A DNA stretch of 51,629 nucleotides, filler included, from Bipalium vagum (taxonomy: Eukaryota): assembly GCA_037834085.1 (NCBI GenBank). It is 3 parts of 3 records of this genome, joined end to end, with 100 filler letters (N's around TTAATTAATTAA, not from the genome) between each part and the next. Parts side by side here need not be neighbours in the genome. Positions count along the whole stretch, not along the records: positions 1 to 16,369 come from JBBMKC010114516.1; positions 16,470 to 35,709 come from JBBMKC010006324.1; 1 more part is not named here. The stretch is one strand, 5' to 3'. Made by a program: the position numbers and the translations under genes. Within the stretch, counting starts at the first letter, position 1; every line of letters starts with the position of its first letter. Below, one piece after another: positions 10,050 to 22,749 of the stretch. The notes below the pieces were generated by a model. The model was given only the letters and a program-made list of their open reading frames with translations, did not search any database and was not told the DNA's origin.

Positions 10050-11059
10050 TATATAGTAACATATACATCAATCTCCATGAATAGCAAGCTATAGGAAATG
10101 TGGTATTTTTTCAAGAATGTATTTTACCTGATAATCCTTTTCTTGATGATTATAAATCTCATTTTCAAATCGCAGGTGATGATGAAATAACATATATATA
10201 TATTCTCATTAATAAAGAAAAGAAATTAGGAACAGTTTTTTTAGGAATTCACCAATAGATACAAGAGAAACTAATTTTTGTAATTCTTAAAACTATATAA
10301 TAGAAACTAAAATAAATTACAATGATAATTTTAATGTTAAATTAACATCTTTGCATCCTATAATATTTTTAGCACACAATTCCTTTCCTTTATATAGAAA
10401 ATATAAAATTGTATATCATTTATTTTCAAAATTTGAAAAAATTTTAAAATCAGAAAAACCTTAAATATTAAAGATGTAACCTTTGAATTCTTAATTGTAC
10501 CAATACCAGTTGGAAGAGGAAGAAAGTATGTTAATTATAAAATTAATAACTCCACAACTTTAATATTATAAAACTTTGCAACTATTAACATAATTCAAAA
10601 TTATGATTCAATGTGTTGAGCAAGATCAATAATAACTCCTTTAACTAATGAAAATTCAACAAATAAAAATTAATTATTTTAGTGAAAGAGATAATATAAT
10701 AAGAAATATTAAATGATGTAAAATTCAGAAAGACTGTTTTAAAATTACATAATATGACAAAAGTAGAAATTAAAATAAATAATATTAATGATATAAAAAT
10801 ATTTGGAAATTTTTTACAAGAATTATAGTTTATTCTCATAATAATAATAAATATAATTTATATAGAAAAAATGAAATTTTAAATTACAAACTTTTATTTA
10901 TTATGATCAAGAAAATCACCACTTCATTTCAATTACAAAAATGTCAGCATTTTTTCAATCAAAAAATTATTTTCATGATTGTTAAATAGGATTTCAAAAT
11001 CAACATACTTGTACAACAACTAAATGTAAAATTGATAAAAAGGAAAAGTATGTGATTTT
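10050..11059 (+). mobile_element. Polinton/Maverick PolB N-terminal region remnant
   Basis: Decayed IPVGRGRK..IQNYDSMC*ARSI..YDQENHHFISITKMSAFF..FHDC..QHTC matches the I.N.D.LC.ARAI..LY..NHF..I.SM..F...C..C...H.C pattern. Confidence 0.55.
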
Positions 11060-11314
11060 TGTAACGAATAATATTTTAAATCATATGAGCATAAGTATGG
11101 TCATGTCCATGACCAAACATCAAACAATCAATCATACAATCAATCAATCCAACAGACATTTCTAACAGAACAAGAAACGGAAGAAATAAAATAAAATAAA
11201 ATAAAACATACCTAACTTACCTGCCTCGGGGGTATACATCTTGATCAGGTCCCCTTTCCCAGGTCATATATGACCTCAGGTTCCTCCCTAGTCTGACCGC
11301 CGGACACCCGTACA
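11060..11314 (-). repeat. Candidate 3' LTR (about 255 bp) of the minus-strand Gypsy element
   Basis: On the minus strand a purine tract GGAAGGGAAAAG (11326-11315) is followed by TGTACG...CGTTACA (ending 11060). It lies downstream of the integrase tail. No second LTR is present in the window to confirm it. Confidence 0.5.
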
Positions 11315-13650
11315 CTTTTCCCTTCCTGCTCTACAGAGATCCGATACCCCCCACAGAAACAGAGAATCGAGCCCTACGGATGGATGTTCCTTGAGTAATA
11401 ACCATGTGTTGTAACACCAAGCCCAACTCCTGCTACAACGGGTGCACTGATCCCGCCGGGGTCTGCATACCAATGTACCGGGCCACATGCAATTCGATTA
11501 GGCGTAAGCTTAAGCCCCATTCTTAACTCCTCCGGAGTTATGAGAGACCCTAACCATTCGTCCGATGGTTTATGACTAACACACAGCTTAGGGTCGGAGA
11601 ACTGCTCATAATCGGTCAGGGAAGACAGATCGACTAGTTACTAGGTGTTCCCCGATGCTTTTATTGCTTCATTTCTTCTCACTCTGATTTGTTCCAATCC
11701 TGGTTTCTTTTTTTCTACTTTATGGTTTCTTTTCCCAATGCAGATCATTTGCCGGTTATCTGTTCTTCGGCCTTTCAATATTTTTGGGATGACTTGTACT
11801 TCCGGGAACCATTTTATAGCTTCGGAATTCTATCTAAATTAATTTCTCATTATTTATATTCCTTTTTCCCCTACTACTGAGGTTTTCTTATCTAGGGTTA
11901 TATGTTTCAAGTCCACTCTCTTTAGTAAGTATTTTATCTTTTCTTCTTCCTGAACCACGAATGAGGGAATAGAAATTGTGACGGGCTTCATGCCGGGCTG
12001 GTGATACTCCATGATCTGTTTCTGAAAATATATTATCATGATTCTTTATATATACGATAATACAACGATTATTTTACCTCAGACCATGCTTAATATTCCT
12101 AGCGATACGACGCGCTAGAGGTAAAAGAGATCAGGAAAAAAATACAATAAATAAATAATAATTAATTATGACATTATAATTTTAAAACATCATCCTTCAA
12201 CATTTTTCCATATATTCATTGCTAAGCCACATGCTCTTCTATTCTTCTGAAACTGGTTATATGATTATGCATTTCTAATCTTGGGCATGGTTGTATTTCT
12301 GGAGGTAATTCTAAATTTGCTAATTTGTTCAATCTTCTTCTGATGACTGCTTTTTGCTATCTCTTCCATCGTTTCCTGATATGACAGCTGATGTTGTTTC
12401 TGGCAGTGGTTCTACCATCTCCATTGGTGCTAATAGTGCTCTGATCGGTTTGAGCAGTACTTTTGTTCATGGTCGTGTTCCTTTCCGCGTTTGACAAATT
12501 TTACACGATTTGAACGAATTCCGAATGCTTTGTTCCATCTTAGGCCAAAAATATTTCCTTGAAATTCTTTATAGCGTTTTTCTTGCTGATAGATGTCCAT
12601 CTAGTGCCCCATCATGATACTACATCATAATTGGATCCCTATCCATACTAGGTACTACATAGCATAACTCCCTGTCTTTGATAAAATATAAATTGCCTTC
12701 TTTAATTTTGAATTTGTCTTGTAATTTCTTCTAACTCTTTCCAATCTTCCGAAACTTGTCCCGCCAATTTTTCTTTAATTAATACTATTTCCTCGTCTTT
12801 TTTATCTTCTTCCCTAGTGTCCACTTTGTTTATTAGCCGTAATACTGTTAATACTGTCTCATCCTCTTCTCCCAACTGTGCTTCCTCGCTTGATAATTCA
12901 TCCTGCTTCATTTTTGATAATATTCGCGTTTGAGTTTGCTCTTCCTTTCCGGTTACGATTTTCGATGTCATATTCCTGAAATATCAAAGCCTATCTGATA
13001 AGGCGACTTGCCGTGTCTCTATTTTTCAAGAACCACTGTAAAGGGCTATGATCTGTAAATATGGTAATTTTCTGCCCTCACAAGCGAACACTATTGTCAA
13101 CGCTTCTTTTTCTATTGTTGCATAGTTAAGCTGGTGCTTCTTCAGTTTTCTGCTTGCGTATGCTATGACACGGTCTTTTTAGCCTTCTGGTTGTTGTGCT
13201 AAGATTGCTCCTTCTGCATATCTGCTTACATCCGTCATTAAAAGAAATGGTTTGGCCATATCCGGATATCGCAATGTCGGTTCGCTAATTAATTGTTCTT
13301 TTAACTATTCGAATGCCTTTTGTTATTCGTCTCCTCACAAATTTTTTTACTTGTTTTTCTATTATATTGACTACCTTTTCTCATTTCACTTTTCGTTTAA
13401 AAGCCTTTGTTTTCCCTTTTAAAAAATCGTTCAATCGTGCATCAATTTTCGTGTAATTCTTAATAAATCTCTTATAATATCCCGGTAATCCAAGAAAGTC
13501 TCTGACTTCCTTTGTATTCTTTGGTATCGCAAAATTTGATATATTATTCGCATTCTCTGGGTCCGGTCGAATTCCTGAACCTGATACTATATGGCTCACA
13601 TATTTCACTTCAATTTTTGCTCATTTGCACTTGGTTGGTTTTACTTTTTA
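11060..13650 (-). mobile_element. Ty3/Gypsy pol remnant (RT end, RNase H, integrase zinc finger and tail) with 3' region
   Basis: KYVSHIVSGSGIRPDP..KEVRDFLGLPGYYKRFIKNY; PFLLMTDVS..VIAYASRKLKKHQLNYATIEKEAL; YHDGALDGHL...YFWPKM..CKICQ. Many stops and deletions. Confidence 0.9.
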
Positions 13651-13716
13651 AATATTTTATATTTTTATATTTTCGAGATTAGATCTCGCAGTAAGCGTTG
13701 AACCAAACACTTATAT

Positions 13717-14480
13717 TATGAATTTTTCTTTCAAGGAAACGGTGGGTAAAACGCACGTTAAAAATGATCTTCGTCAGTTAATTATTAAGAACATAGAAGG
13801 AAACGGTGAAAAGGTAACGAAGGTCGAGAGAGATCTGAATCTTTTCAGATTTATCAGTTAATAGTATGGTTAGGCAATACAGGAAAACCGGTCAGTTTGC
13901 TAAGAGTGAAAAACGGGGCCATAGACAAAAGAAAAAACACGAAGTGCAAAGTAATTTTATCGAAAGGTTAATTGAAATTCGAAAAGGAATTACGCTAAAA
14001 GAAATCCAGCAAATGTATAAGACGAATTTCAAGATTAATATTTCCATTTCATGCATTCATAATCATTTTGATGAGCTTCGTATTACTCTAAAGCGTACGG
14101 TTATATCCTCCTTGAGAGGGTCAATGATGAGGCTAGATTCAATTTACGTGCCGAATTTGCAAAAGGTTTTATTACACAGGACTCCATTGATGATCGCAAA
14201 AATATTTGTGTGGATGAGTGTGGATTCAATTTGCACCTCAGAAGAAACTACGGTAGAAGCCATGTCGGTAATCGAGTTTTCCAAAATGTGGCAACTGTGC
14301 GTGGATGAAATGTAACTTTGTTGGCTGCAATAAATTGCGAAAAAATTTAATTTCATAAAATATTCGCTGGTGGTTGTACCAGTAATATATTTTAATAATT
14401 TCTTAAAAACCTCGTGAGTTATTATTACAGGATAAAAAATTTCAGATGGCTGTATTTTCAAGAATAACGCAAGGCCACGT
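13717..14480 (+). mobile_element. IS630/Tc1-type transposase, frameshifted
   Basis: HTH segment ITLKEIQ..ISISCIHNHFDELRITLKR, then in a shifted frame VDECGFNLHLRRNYGRS..VRG*NVTLLAAI. Confidence 0.85.
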
Positions 14481-14576
14481 ACTACTAAAACATCAGTTAT
14501 TTATTATTTGTAATTGAAATTTTTATGTGACTATTTCAATTTGTAAAATGAGTTTTCAATTTAAAAATGCTATATA

Positions 14577-15260
14577 CAGGGTGCGTCAACTATTTGAGGA
14601 CAAAAATTGATATTAGAGGTAAGTAATATTTTTAATGAAAAGAATGTTTATTTTAAGCAATATTGGAAACTTTATTTTTTTTAAGTACACAAGTTTTTTT
14701 ATTTAATCAATTCGCCTTCAGTGTCAATTATAGCTTTAAGACGGTTTCTCGAAAACTTACAATCCGCGATGAAATGGTTTTTGTTCATATTTATCATAGG
14801 AGAACTTAAAGAAACCCGTAAAGAGTCTTTGGTATTATGAGGATGTTTGTTCGTTTCTATCTCTACGACGCCACATCGAAATAGTTCAAAGGATTTAAAT
14901 CGAGTGAGCTTCGTGGCCATAGGTTTGGAGTTAGCGATAGCCATTTTTGTGTTTTTAATGCTGTATGGAGAGAGCTGAGTCTTGTTGGAACACATTTTGG
15001 AACACACATTGGCAAATTTTTCGATCCATGGCTTTACATATGTATCCAGACACTAGATATATAGAGATGCATTAATTCTAAGTACCTGTGGAAAGAAATA
15101 CGGAAGCATAACATGACCTTCGTTGCTCACAACACCCAATATCATTAAAGATGATGTCAACTTGGTGTGCAAAACATTAGGGACTTCAGAAGCACTAGAG
15201 CACAGCCATTGATCGTTCCTTCTATTAACCTTTGGATCTTAAGTAAAAAGTTTTTTATCA
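14577..15260 (-). mobile_element. maT/DD37D-type element, 3' portion with TIR
   Basis: DPKVNRRNDQWL..MILGVVSNEGHVM..VKPWIEK..FQQDSA..TNKHPHNTKDSL..RLKAIIDTEGELIK. Terminus TA|CAGGGTGCGTC at 14577. Confidence 0.85.
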
Positions 15261-15548
15261 AGTCCGCTGAGCAAAAGTCGTAAACTTTTGGATGAGAAAA
15301 TTAAAGAAAAGCCCAACACGTCACTTAGACGAATATCTTACAAATGTCATATTTCATATTAAACAGTCCGTAAAAAGATGAAGAAATTACATTTCAGACA
15401 TAGATTGATGCAATCATTGACAGATGATTTTGACAAGCTTAAGTAGTGTTGTGAGGAATTTCTCGCTCTGATTCACGAAACAAACCTCCCTGCTAGACTA
15501 CACACTTCCTATGAAGCCAATGAAAATAATTTTGAAAATAAATATATA

Positions 15549-16369
15549 TACTGATGAGCAAATTTTTTGACCACCCTTAAAATTAGTTATATTTTGAAAT
15601 ATATTAACTTTTTAATGAAATAAACTTATGTTTATTAAAATTAGTAATTATTGTAATAATTTTTAAGTTATACAATTTATTAGTTGTTTAAATATTAAAT
15701 TTTTAATTTTTAACAAGTTCAAATTTTTTGACCACCATATTAGATTTTATGTAAGTGTTACATTTTATGACAATTGAATATTTTATTTATAATTTATTTA
15801 TGAAGTTATGAAGACTGGAGATCAAAAAAATCAAATTTTATATTTAAGAACTGAAGGATGGAGTTATGCAAGAATTTCCAAGAAAACAAATTTATCGAAG
15901 GAATGTGTTAGGAGTATTTGCAGAAAACGGTTAGTTATAAAAGCCATGAAAAGAGGACCGAAACCAAAAATAAATGCGACCTATAAGTTGAGGTTGAAGA
16001 GACAAATATGCAATTTGAAGGCCGATGGTGAAAAGGTCAATTGTAAGAAATTGATAAATACCTGCAATATTCCAGTCTCAAGATTTACGGTTGCACGTTA
16101 CCTTAAACAACAAGACATGAAGTACAAGAAGGTAACAAAAAGTTTACCCCTAACACCATTGGACAAGAGTAAACGCTGTGATTTGGCGAAGAAGTGGTTG
16201 GCCGAAAATCATATATGGGAAAGAACTATTTTTTCAGATGAGAAGTGGTTTTCCCTGGACGGACCAGATGATTGGAGAACTTATGCAAAAAAATCGGAAG
16301 TCATTTATCGTCCTAGGCACCAGAAAAAAGGTGGGGGTGTTATGATATGGGCTATGGTGTTACCAAATG
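15549..16369 (+). mobile_element. Young Tc1-family element, left end, truncated by the assembly gap
   Basis: Begins in a TA run. The 17-bp motif CAAATTTTTTGACCACC occurs twice (15559-15575 and 15720-15736), an IR/DR-like arrangement. An intact transposase ORF follows. Confidence 0.85.
15808..16369 (+). CDS. Tc1/Tc3-like transposase, partial (runs into gap)
   Basis: Uninterrupted ORF with paired HTH, GPKPK, WERTIFSDEKWFSLDGPD and GGGVMIWA. The stop shown in the ORF track is the artificial linker. Confidence 0.92.
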
Positions 16370-16469
16370 NNNNNNNNNNNNNNNNNNNNNNNNNNNNNNN
16401 NNNNNNNNNNNNNTTAATTAATTAANNNNNNNNNNNNNNNNNNNNNNNNNNNNNNNNNNNNNNNNNNNN
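16370..16469. other. Artificial scaffolding linker / assembly gap
   Basis: 44 N + TTAATTAATTAA (stop codons in all six frames) + 44 N = exactly 100 bp. Confidence 0.97.
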
Positions 16470-17074
16470 TAGATATTAATTATTTATTAAATGTTTTTGT
16501 TGAAATACCTTTTTTAAAATTTACGCTTCAATATGAAAACAAATTTTTATTAATAAAACAAATTTTCCTGTATTAATTCATACTGCAAAAATTAAGTTTC
16601 ATAAACCGCCATTAATTGTTTATCAAATAACGAGATAGGCACGAGCTAAACACTAAACATGTATTTTCTTAGAAGACATTTTTCTAATCGGATCTTTTCC
16701 CTTTTTTCCCAAAATAAAATCTCTTACCTTTTTTCCTCCCCAATAAAAATCTATTTCTTTTAAATCTATTTATTTCCCCCCGAAAAAAATTAATTCAAAC
16801 CAATAAATAAAATAACAATAAAGCAATAAAATATCAATAATTAAATTATTATTAGATTCAACATATTGTTTCAATAATTATTGAAAACATTATCCTTCCA
16901 TATCTATTCTTTCAGATACACTGTTTTAAACACCTTTGAAAAACAGGTTATTAACAATTACATCTGTTGTATGATTACAATTTTTTCGAGGTATTTTTGA
17001 TAATAATGATCACAGGTTTTTTATGTATATAATGTAAATTATTTACCTATTTATATACACCGTTTTCACATCTT

Positions 17075-17124
17075 TTTTGACATTACAAATTTAATTTTGA
17101 CATTACAAATTTAATTTTGACATT
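17075..17124. repeat. 20-bp tandem repeat, 2.5 copies (TTTTGACATTACAAATTTAA)
   Basis: Directly visible. Confidence 0.85.
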
Positions 17125-17449
17125 GTAAAGGTCTATTGTGACAATGTTAAGTTTTTTGTAATTAACAATTTGCCAAGATAGAATTAACCAATGTCAAAAT
17201 AGACCTTTTCTGTTTTCTTCTCACCAATAAAAATCTAAGTGATCCTATTTGTTAAAAAATTATGTTTACTTTCCAAACCAAGATTTTTAATCAACACATG
17301 TTCAATTTCCAACACATGTTTTTTTTAAAATCCAAAAATAACTTTTAAAAATTAAATCAATCCAATATAAAGAACAATTACTTCTTCAACTAAAAAGGAA
17401 TCAAAACAATTGAAATACAATTAAAAAAACAGTAAGAACTATTTTTTAA

Positions 17450-18160
17450 TCAAATTTATTTAATAAATCAAATATGGCATTAGGATCTTTAGAAAATTTT
17501 GTCTCCAAGTTCATTCGGCCAGACAAAACTCTAGTAACGTTATATTCTATTCACAAATTTGTTCCGGGATACAACTTTTATGATATTTATGACTAAAGTC
17601 TTGAAACTGTAAGATATAAAAATATAGTTATTAAAATTTATGAAATTCTTACCGAAATAAGGATTCGTCAATTTGTACAATTCGTCCCTTCCCACCAGGT
17701 AAATAGAATTTCTTTTCAGGAACAACAAAAATTCGTATTATTAATAAGGATACACCAATATCCAGAGCTGGAAATCTGTGAGGTCGCTTTATTGTCCGAT
17801 ATTACATTAAATGTATAATTTTGTTGAGTGATATTTTGAATATTGAACACAAAGATTTTCTTCAAAATGAATAGTAGCGCCTGTAATAATGGCACTTAAC
17901 ATTTATACAACGCCAGGAAATGCCATCTTGGTTTTGTATTAATGGAGATTGCTTAATCTCTTTCCCACACAAATAAAAATAACCTAAAACAATGAGTTAA
18001 TAAATGATTACAAAAGTGTATCATAACGACGACTCTAACAGTCCATATTTTTTTCAAAAATGATATGGCATCTTCATATGATCCGCTGATTGCATTAATG
18101 ATATTCTTGTCTATTTTTTTAAAGTAATTCTGTTAAATTTTTCAAGTAATTCATAAAATA
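17450..18160 (-). mobile_element. Merlin (IS1016/ISXO2-like) transposase remnant
   Basis: GGKGRIVQIDESLF plus a downstream TL..I...V.PGT-like segment. Confidence 0.75.
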
Positions 18161-19439
18161 TTTCTTAATCCCTTGATAACAACTTTTTTAACCCATTGCT
18201 TTTTTTACAACTATTGCTGACAAGGTTTTTTTTAACCCTTTACATTTGATCAAGTATTTATCTAACCCAAGTGGGTTGAAACGTCAACATGACCCAAAAT
18301 TTAAATTAATGAAATAATACAAATTAAAATTTACAAAATTTTATTTTATATGAGAAATGGATTTAAGTGATTTTATAAATTAACTTTCAATAGATCGCCA
18401 AGAAATGTTTATATGGTTTCACCTAATTGAAAGAAGAATGGAATTCTATTGTAAAATACAAGTATCAGTGTTTCAGAGGTTATACAATTAGTTCACTATC
18501 CTAACAAGTGTGTAAATATGGAAAAATAAAAGTTTTGAAGAAGAAAAATAGAAAAAAATGTTAATACTTAATTCAGAGACATAATGCTTATTTATGAAAA
18601 CGTGTTATTTACAAGTAGTGTTAAAATATTGATTTTTCAATAATTTAATATTATTGATTTTGAATATTATATTTCTTAATTTATATAATATATAATTGGA
18701 GTTACGTTATTTTTGACAAATAACGACAAAAAAAATAAATAAAAATGATTTGATTATGATATAAGTATTGTTAATAATAACATAATAAAATAGTTGCTTA
18801 CTTCTATACCGATAATGTATCGATTTTTTTTACTTGATTCTAAATACAATAATTGTGAGAATCTAAAAATGTCTGAGTAATATATTTAATTTTTTAATTT
18901 CATTTGCAGTATATTGAGCTAAAAGATGTTAATAATTAAATAAAAGTATAAATTACATTTTTAATAAAAACAAGTATAAATTTTAAAGCTCAAAATATTC
19001 TAAATAATGCAAAAATTTTATATGTGAAAAGTATTAAAATTTCATTTGTTTAAATGGCAAATTGAACACTACAGAAAATGGTTTGAATTATCAAATTTTT
19101 ATGGAATGTAATGATTTTTTAGCCACCACTAACAATAATTATCGCAAGTAATTTGAAATAATTTGAGTAATTGTTAGAGTTTAAATATTTACGTGATTTG
19201 CCCATATTTTTATTATTTAATTTATCAATTTTTCAGAATGTATAAAATTTTTATCAGTACTCTGAGTTATTTTTAATATCAAACAACCCTCTTCAAAGAC
19301 ATAGGGAATTTTTAAAAAAGTTTTTTGATAAATTATTGGGTTTAAGCAAAAAGTATTCAGTCCTATTATGAGTTCATAAAGAAAAAGCAAGAAAGTAAAA
19401 TTCAAGATTGATATTGTTAAGGCATTTGATTCCATAAAT

Positions 19440-20203
19440 CTGCCAGAATCTACTAATTGTTAGTAAAGAGCGAGCTAATTATGACAATCTTGTCTTACAA
19501 AAAGTGCTTGGAAAGTAGAACAGAGTTCAGCAACTTTGAAGATGAGTTCTTCAATTCGAAGAGAGACCGGTTCGGTAGTTCGAAGACCAATTGCTCTACA
19601 GTTTTTGATGAACCCTGTAAGTGAACAAATGGTTGTATCTAATGATTCCAAAGCCTTATGACATTGACTCAACTGGGCTCTCTATAGCCTTAACATTAAA
19701 ATTATGCGATCAACAACTCTCTTCAGAATTAAAGATAGTGAGATCATCTGCCTTGCAGTGGATGAAAACGATTGTGAGAGGAAGGAAAATTGATCAATGA
19801 TATCCTCTGTAATGAATGTTGTTGGATTTGGCCATTAGCAAGTTTAGGTGTCTGAAGAGAGGAGATAAATAATTTTATTGAAAAAAGAGAAATCCGAAAT
19901 TATAGTGGCAAAAAAATTTAATAGTTCTTGGAATCGAATCATCCCAGTCTCAGTTGTGAGTGCCGTAAGCGCATTTTGTCTTACTATCGATAAAACTGTA
20001 AATGATAAGCAAGGGAGACTAGGTGATATAGTACATGAAGTATGTGAAGTATGAACACTCATGAAGAATCATCAAATCGGACAACTGTTGAAAATTGAAG
20101 ATGAATTTTACATTTTACATTGACGACTATAAATGTTTTGGTTTTTTTTCTAATAAAATTATAATTTTACTATGTCATGTAACCTATGTAACCTATGTAA
20201 CCT
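19440..20203 (+). mobile_element. Probable CR1/L2-like LINE 3' end remnant with a (ATGTAACCT)x3 tail
   Basis: LNWALYSL..TLFRIK and WNRIIPVSVVSAVSAFCLTIDK resemble the CR1 RT C-terminus (WN.LP..VV.A.S...FK..LD). 9-bp tandem repeat at 20177-20203. Confidence 0.4.
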
Positions 20204-21643
20204 AGTAAATATTTATATTTTATGTCGTTATCTTTTTTCGCTTCTAATGATTGGTGTGAATGATGAAAAAAACCAGTTCAACAAAAAAACTTTATTTTCA
20301 ATAAGACAATGGTTCACACAAATATCGAATTTTCCAAAAAACATCTATTCCAGTTATCCTGATCCACTGTATAAATTTATAATTCCCAACCAATCTCAAA
20401 CAATTGGTTCAAAAGTAAAAACACCAAAAAAATGAAAACACAATAAAAATATATAAATCAATAAGTATAAACAAAAAAATTAATTGATATTTCATTAATT
20501 ATTGCCATAAAGAAGTAATGTGTCAAAATTTAATTAAAAAAATCAAATAGTTTAAAGTATAAGTGAATTAATCGCAGGAAGAGGAATATGAATAAAAATC
20601 CTTACCAGTTTGTGAGAATTGAACCAACCCTTGGGTCGTCTGTTAAAGAGTCGTCGGTTTATTGTTCAACATTAAAAGTAAATTAAGCATATGGAAACCA
20701 TATAAAAATATATTCTTTCTTCACTAAATTTTAACTTCTTTAATAAACTTCTATGGATAATTCTTCGAATACCTTAACATGTAATTTCTGTGAATAACGA
20801 ACAAGTAATTATACAACAGATTAATGGGTAAATTTTTATAATTTAAGATTTTGAGGTTCCTTTGGACGAACCCAACAATTTTAGAAATATACGAGTATAA
20901 GATCTAGAAGCTTTTACTTTTACCTCATTAAAATAAAATATAAGTTCCGAATATATGTTATAATCGCAGAAGCACGGTAAAAGTTTTTAGGTGATTTTCC
21001 TAACATCACACTAATAAAGTTTATTTAAACAAACAATAAGTTCAGTAATTAGACACTTAAATATACAAATTTGTTTATTGAGATGGCAGACTCTACATAT
21101 CAAATGTTTTCCTTTAAAAATAACCTCAATTTTTGAAGTTGAATAAATAGTGCTTTTAATAAATTAAAATAATAAATAATAAATTTGAAAAACATTATAT
21201 TTTAGCATTCGATGTAAAAATATTATTAATTTTAGTATAAAGTTTAATTTTATAAAAAGAATATTTTAATAATATTTAATTCATGATATTTTTCATTTCT
21301 GTTAAAATTTGTAAAACATACTTCCAATCAAATTGATAGAATACAAGTAATTAATTTGTTACAACTTATAAAAATTCTATTAGAAAAATTTATTTTAAAA
21401 TAAATAATTGAAAAAATTATATATAACTAATCTGTATAAAACATATAATGAAAATGTTGAGAAATTATTAACGTTATAAAATTAAATTAAAACTTATACT
21501 TATTTTACGTTGCCGTATTTGTTTTACTAAAGCATTAGTAAAAATATGACCTTGAAAAGAATTTATTTCACTTCTTGACATCATATCACGTTATGCATAT
21601 TTTTAATTGACAGAAATATACAGAAACTCTAACGAAGATATTA

Positions 21644-22749
21644 ATGGCTTCAATGGCAGCTTTATTACCATTAGCTAGAAGTGCAGCTCTTGGTTGGATT
21701 CCTTTAACAAACAATCCTTTGCCAAAACTAAACATCCACGACACTTATCATAAGAGTGAGGATAAAGTAAAAATTAACGTCAGTGGTTTCAAATTCGAAA
21801 CATGGAGAAATACTTTAGAAAAATATTCAGACACGCTTTTAGGCTCTGACGAAAAAGATTATTTCTATGATGAATTGGAAGATGAATATTTCTTTGATCG
21901 TGATCCAAACCTATTTCGATATATATTGTCCTATTATCAAACCGGAAAGCTTCATTGTCCCAAACAGGAATGTGTCAATGCATATGATGATGAACTGTCA
22001 TTTTTTGGAATTCTCCCTGATATCATGGGAGACTGTTGTTACGAAGACTATCGCGATAAACAACGTGAAAATCACGACAGATCCATTGAAGATCTGGAAT
22101 CACAGGACAAAAAACTGCCTGTTTTAAAGACAATTCGTGAAAAACTGTGGAGAGCTTTCGACAATCCACAAACGTCGGTTGCTGCGTTGGTTTTCTATTA
22201 TGTAACGGGATTCTTCATTGCTGTATCCGTTTTGGCGAATGTAGTGGAAACCATATCCTGTGAATTTGACGCTAATACAAATGAATCGAAAACCTGTGGT
22301 GATACATATGAAAAGGCTTTCTTCTGTCTCGATACGGCATGTGTTCTGATTTTTACACTCGAATATTTTGCTCGACTTTATGCGGCACCGAATAGGATCA
22401 AATTTTTCCGATCAATAATGAGTCTCATTGATGTTGTGGCCATTCTTCCGTATTATATAGGCTTGAGCATCACGAAGAACAACGATATGAGTGGTGCCTT
22501 TGTCATACTCAGAGTGTTTCGGGTATTTCGGATAATAAAATTTTCCCGACACAGTATGGGATTGAGGATACTGGGATATACCTTGAAATCTTGTGCATCG
22601 GAATTGGGATTTTTATTGTTCTCTCTTTCTATGGCTGTCATAATTTTTGCTACCATGATTTACTATGCAGAGAAGTCTGATCATAAAACTACATTTACAA
22701 GTATTCCCGCTTCCTTCTGGTATACTATTGTCACTATGACGACCTTGGG
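21644..22749 (+). CDS. Shal: Shal/Kv4 voltage-gated K+ channel, exon 1 (N-terminus, T1, S1-S5, pore helix)
   Basis: Kv4-specific N-terminus ([15 protein letters not shown]), T1 domain with HX5CX20CC zinc site, S4 [15 protein letters not shown], and [14 protein letters not shown]. Ends at the conserved phase-2 donor GG|GTTAGT (intron starts 22750). The ORF-track tail LVTHVIV.. is intronic read-through. Confidence 0.97.

Noticed and set aside
16414-16425. TTAATTAATTAA palindrome inside N runs (also 35754-35765)
   Set aside because: Synthetic linker, identical in both gaps.
18262-18290. Hairpin AACCCAAGTGGGTT followed by GAAACGTC as a hammerhead ribozyme
   Set aside because: The required CTGANGA core is absent upstream.
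20600-20670. Minus-strand tRNA-like segment with GGTTCAATTC
   Set aside because: No acceptor or D-stem pairing; at most a decayed SINE head.
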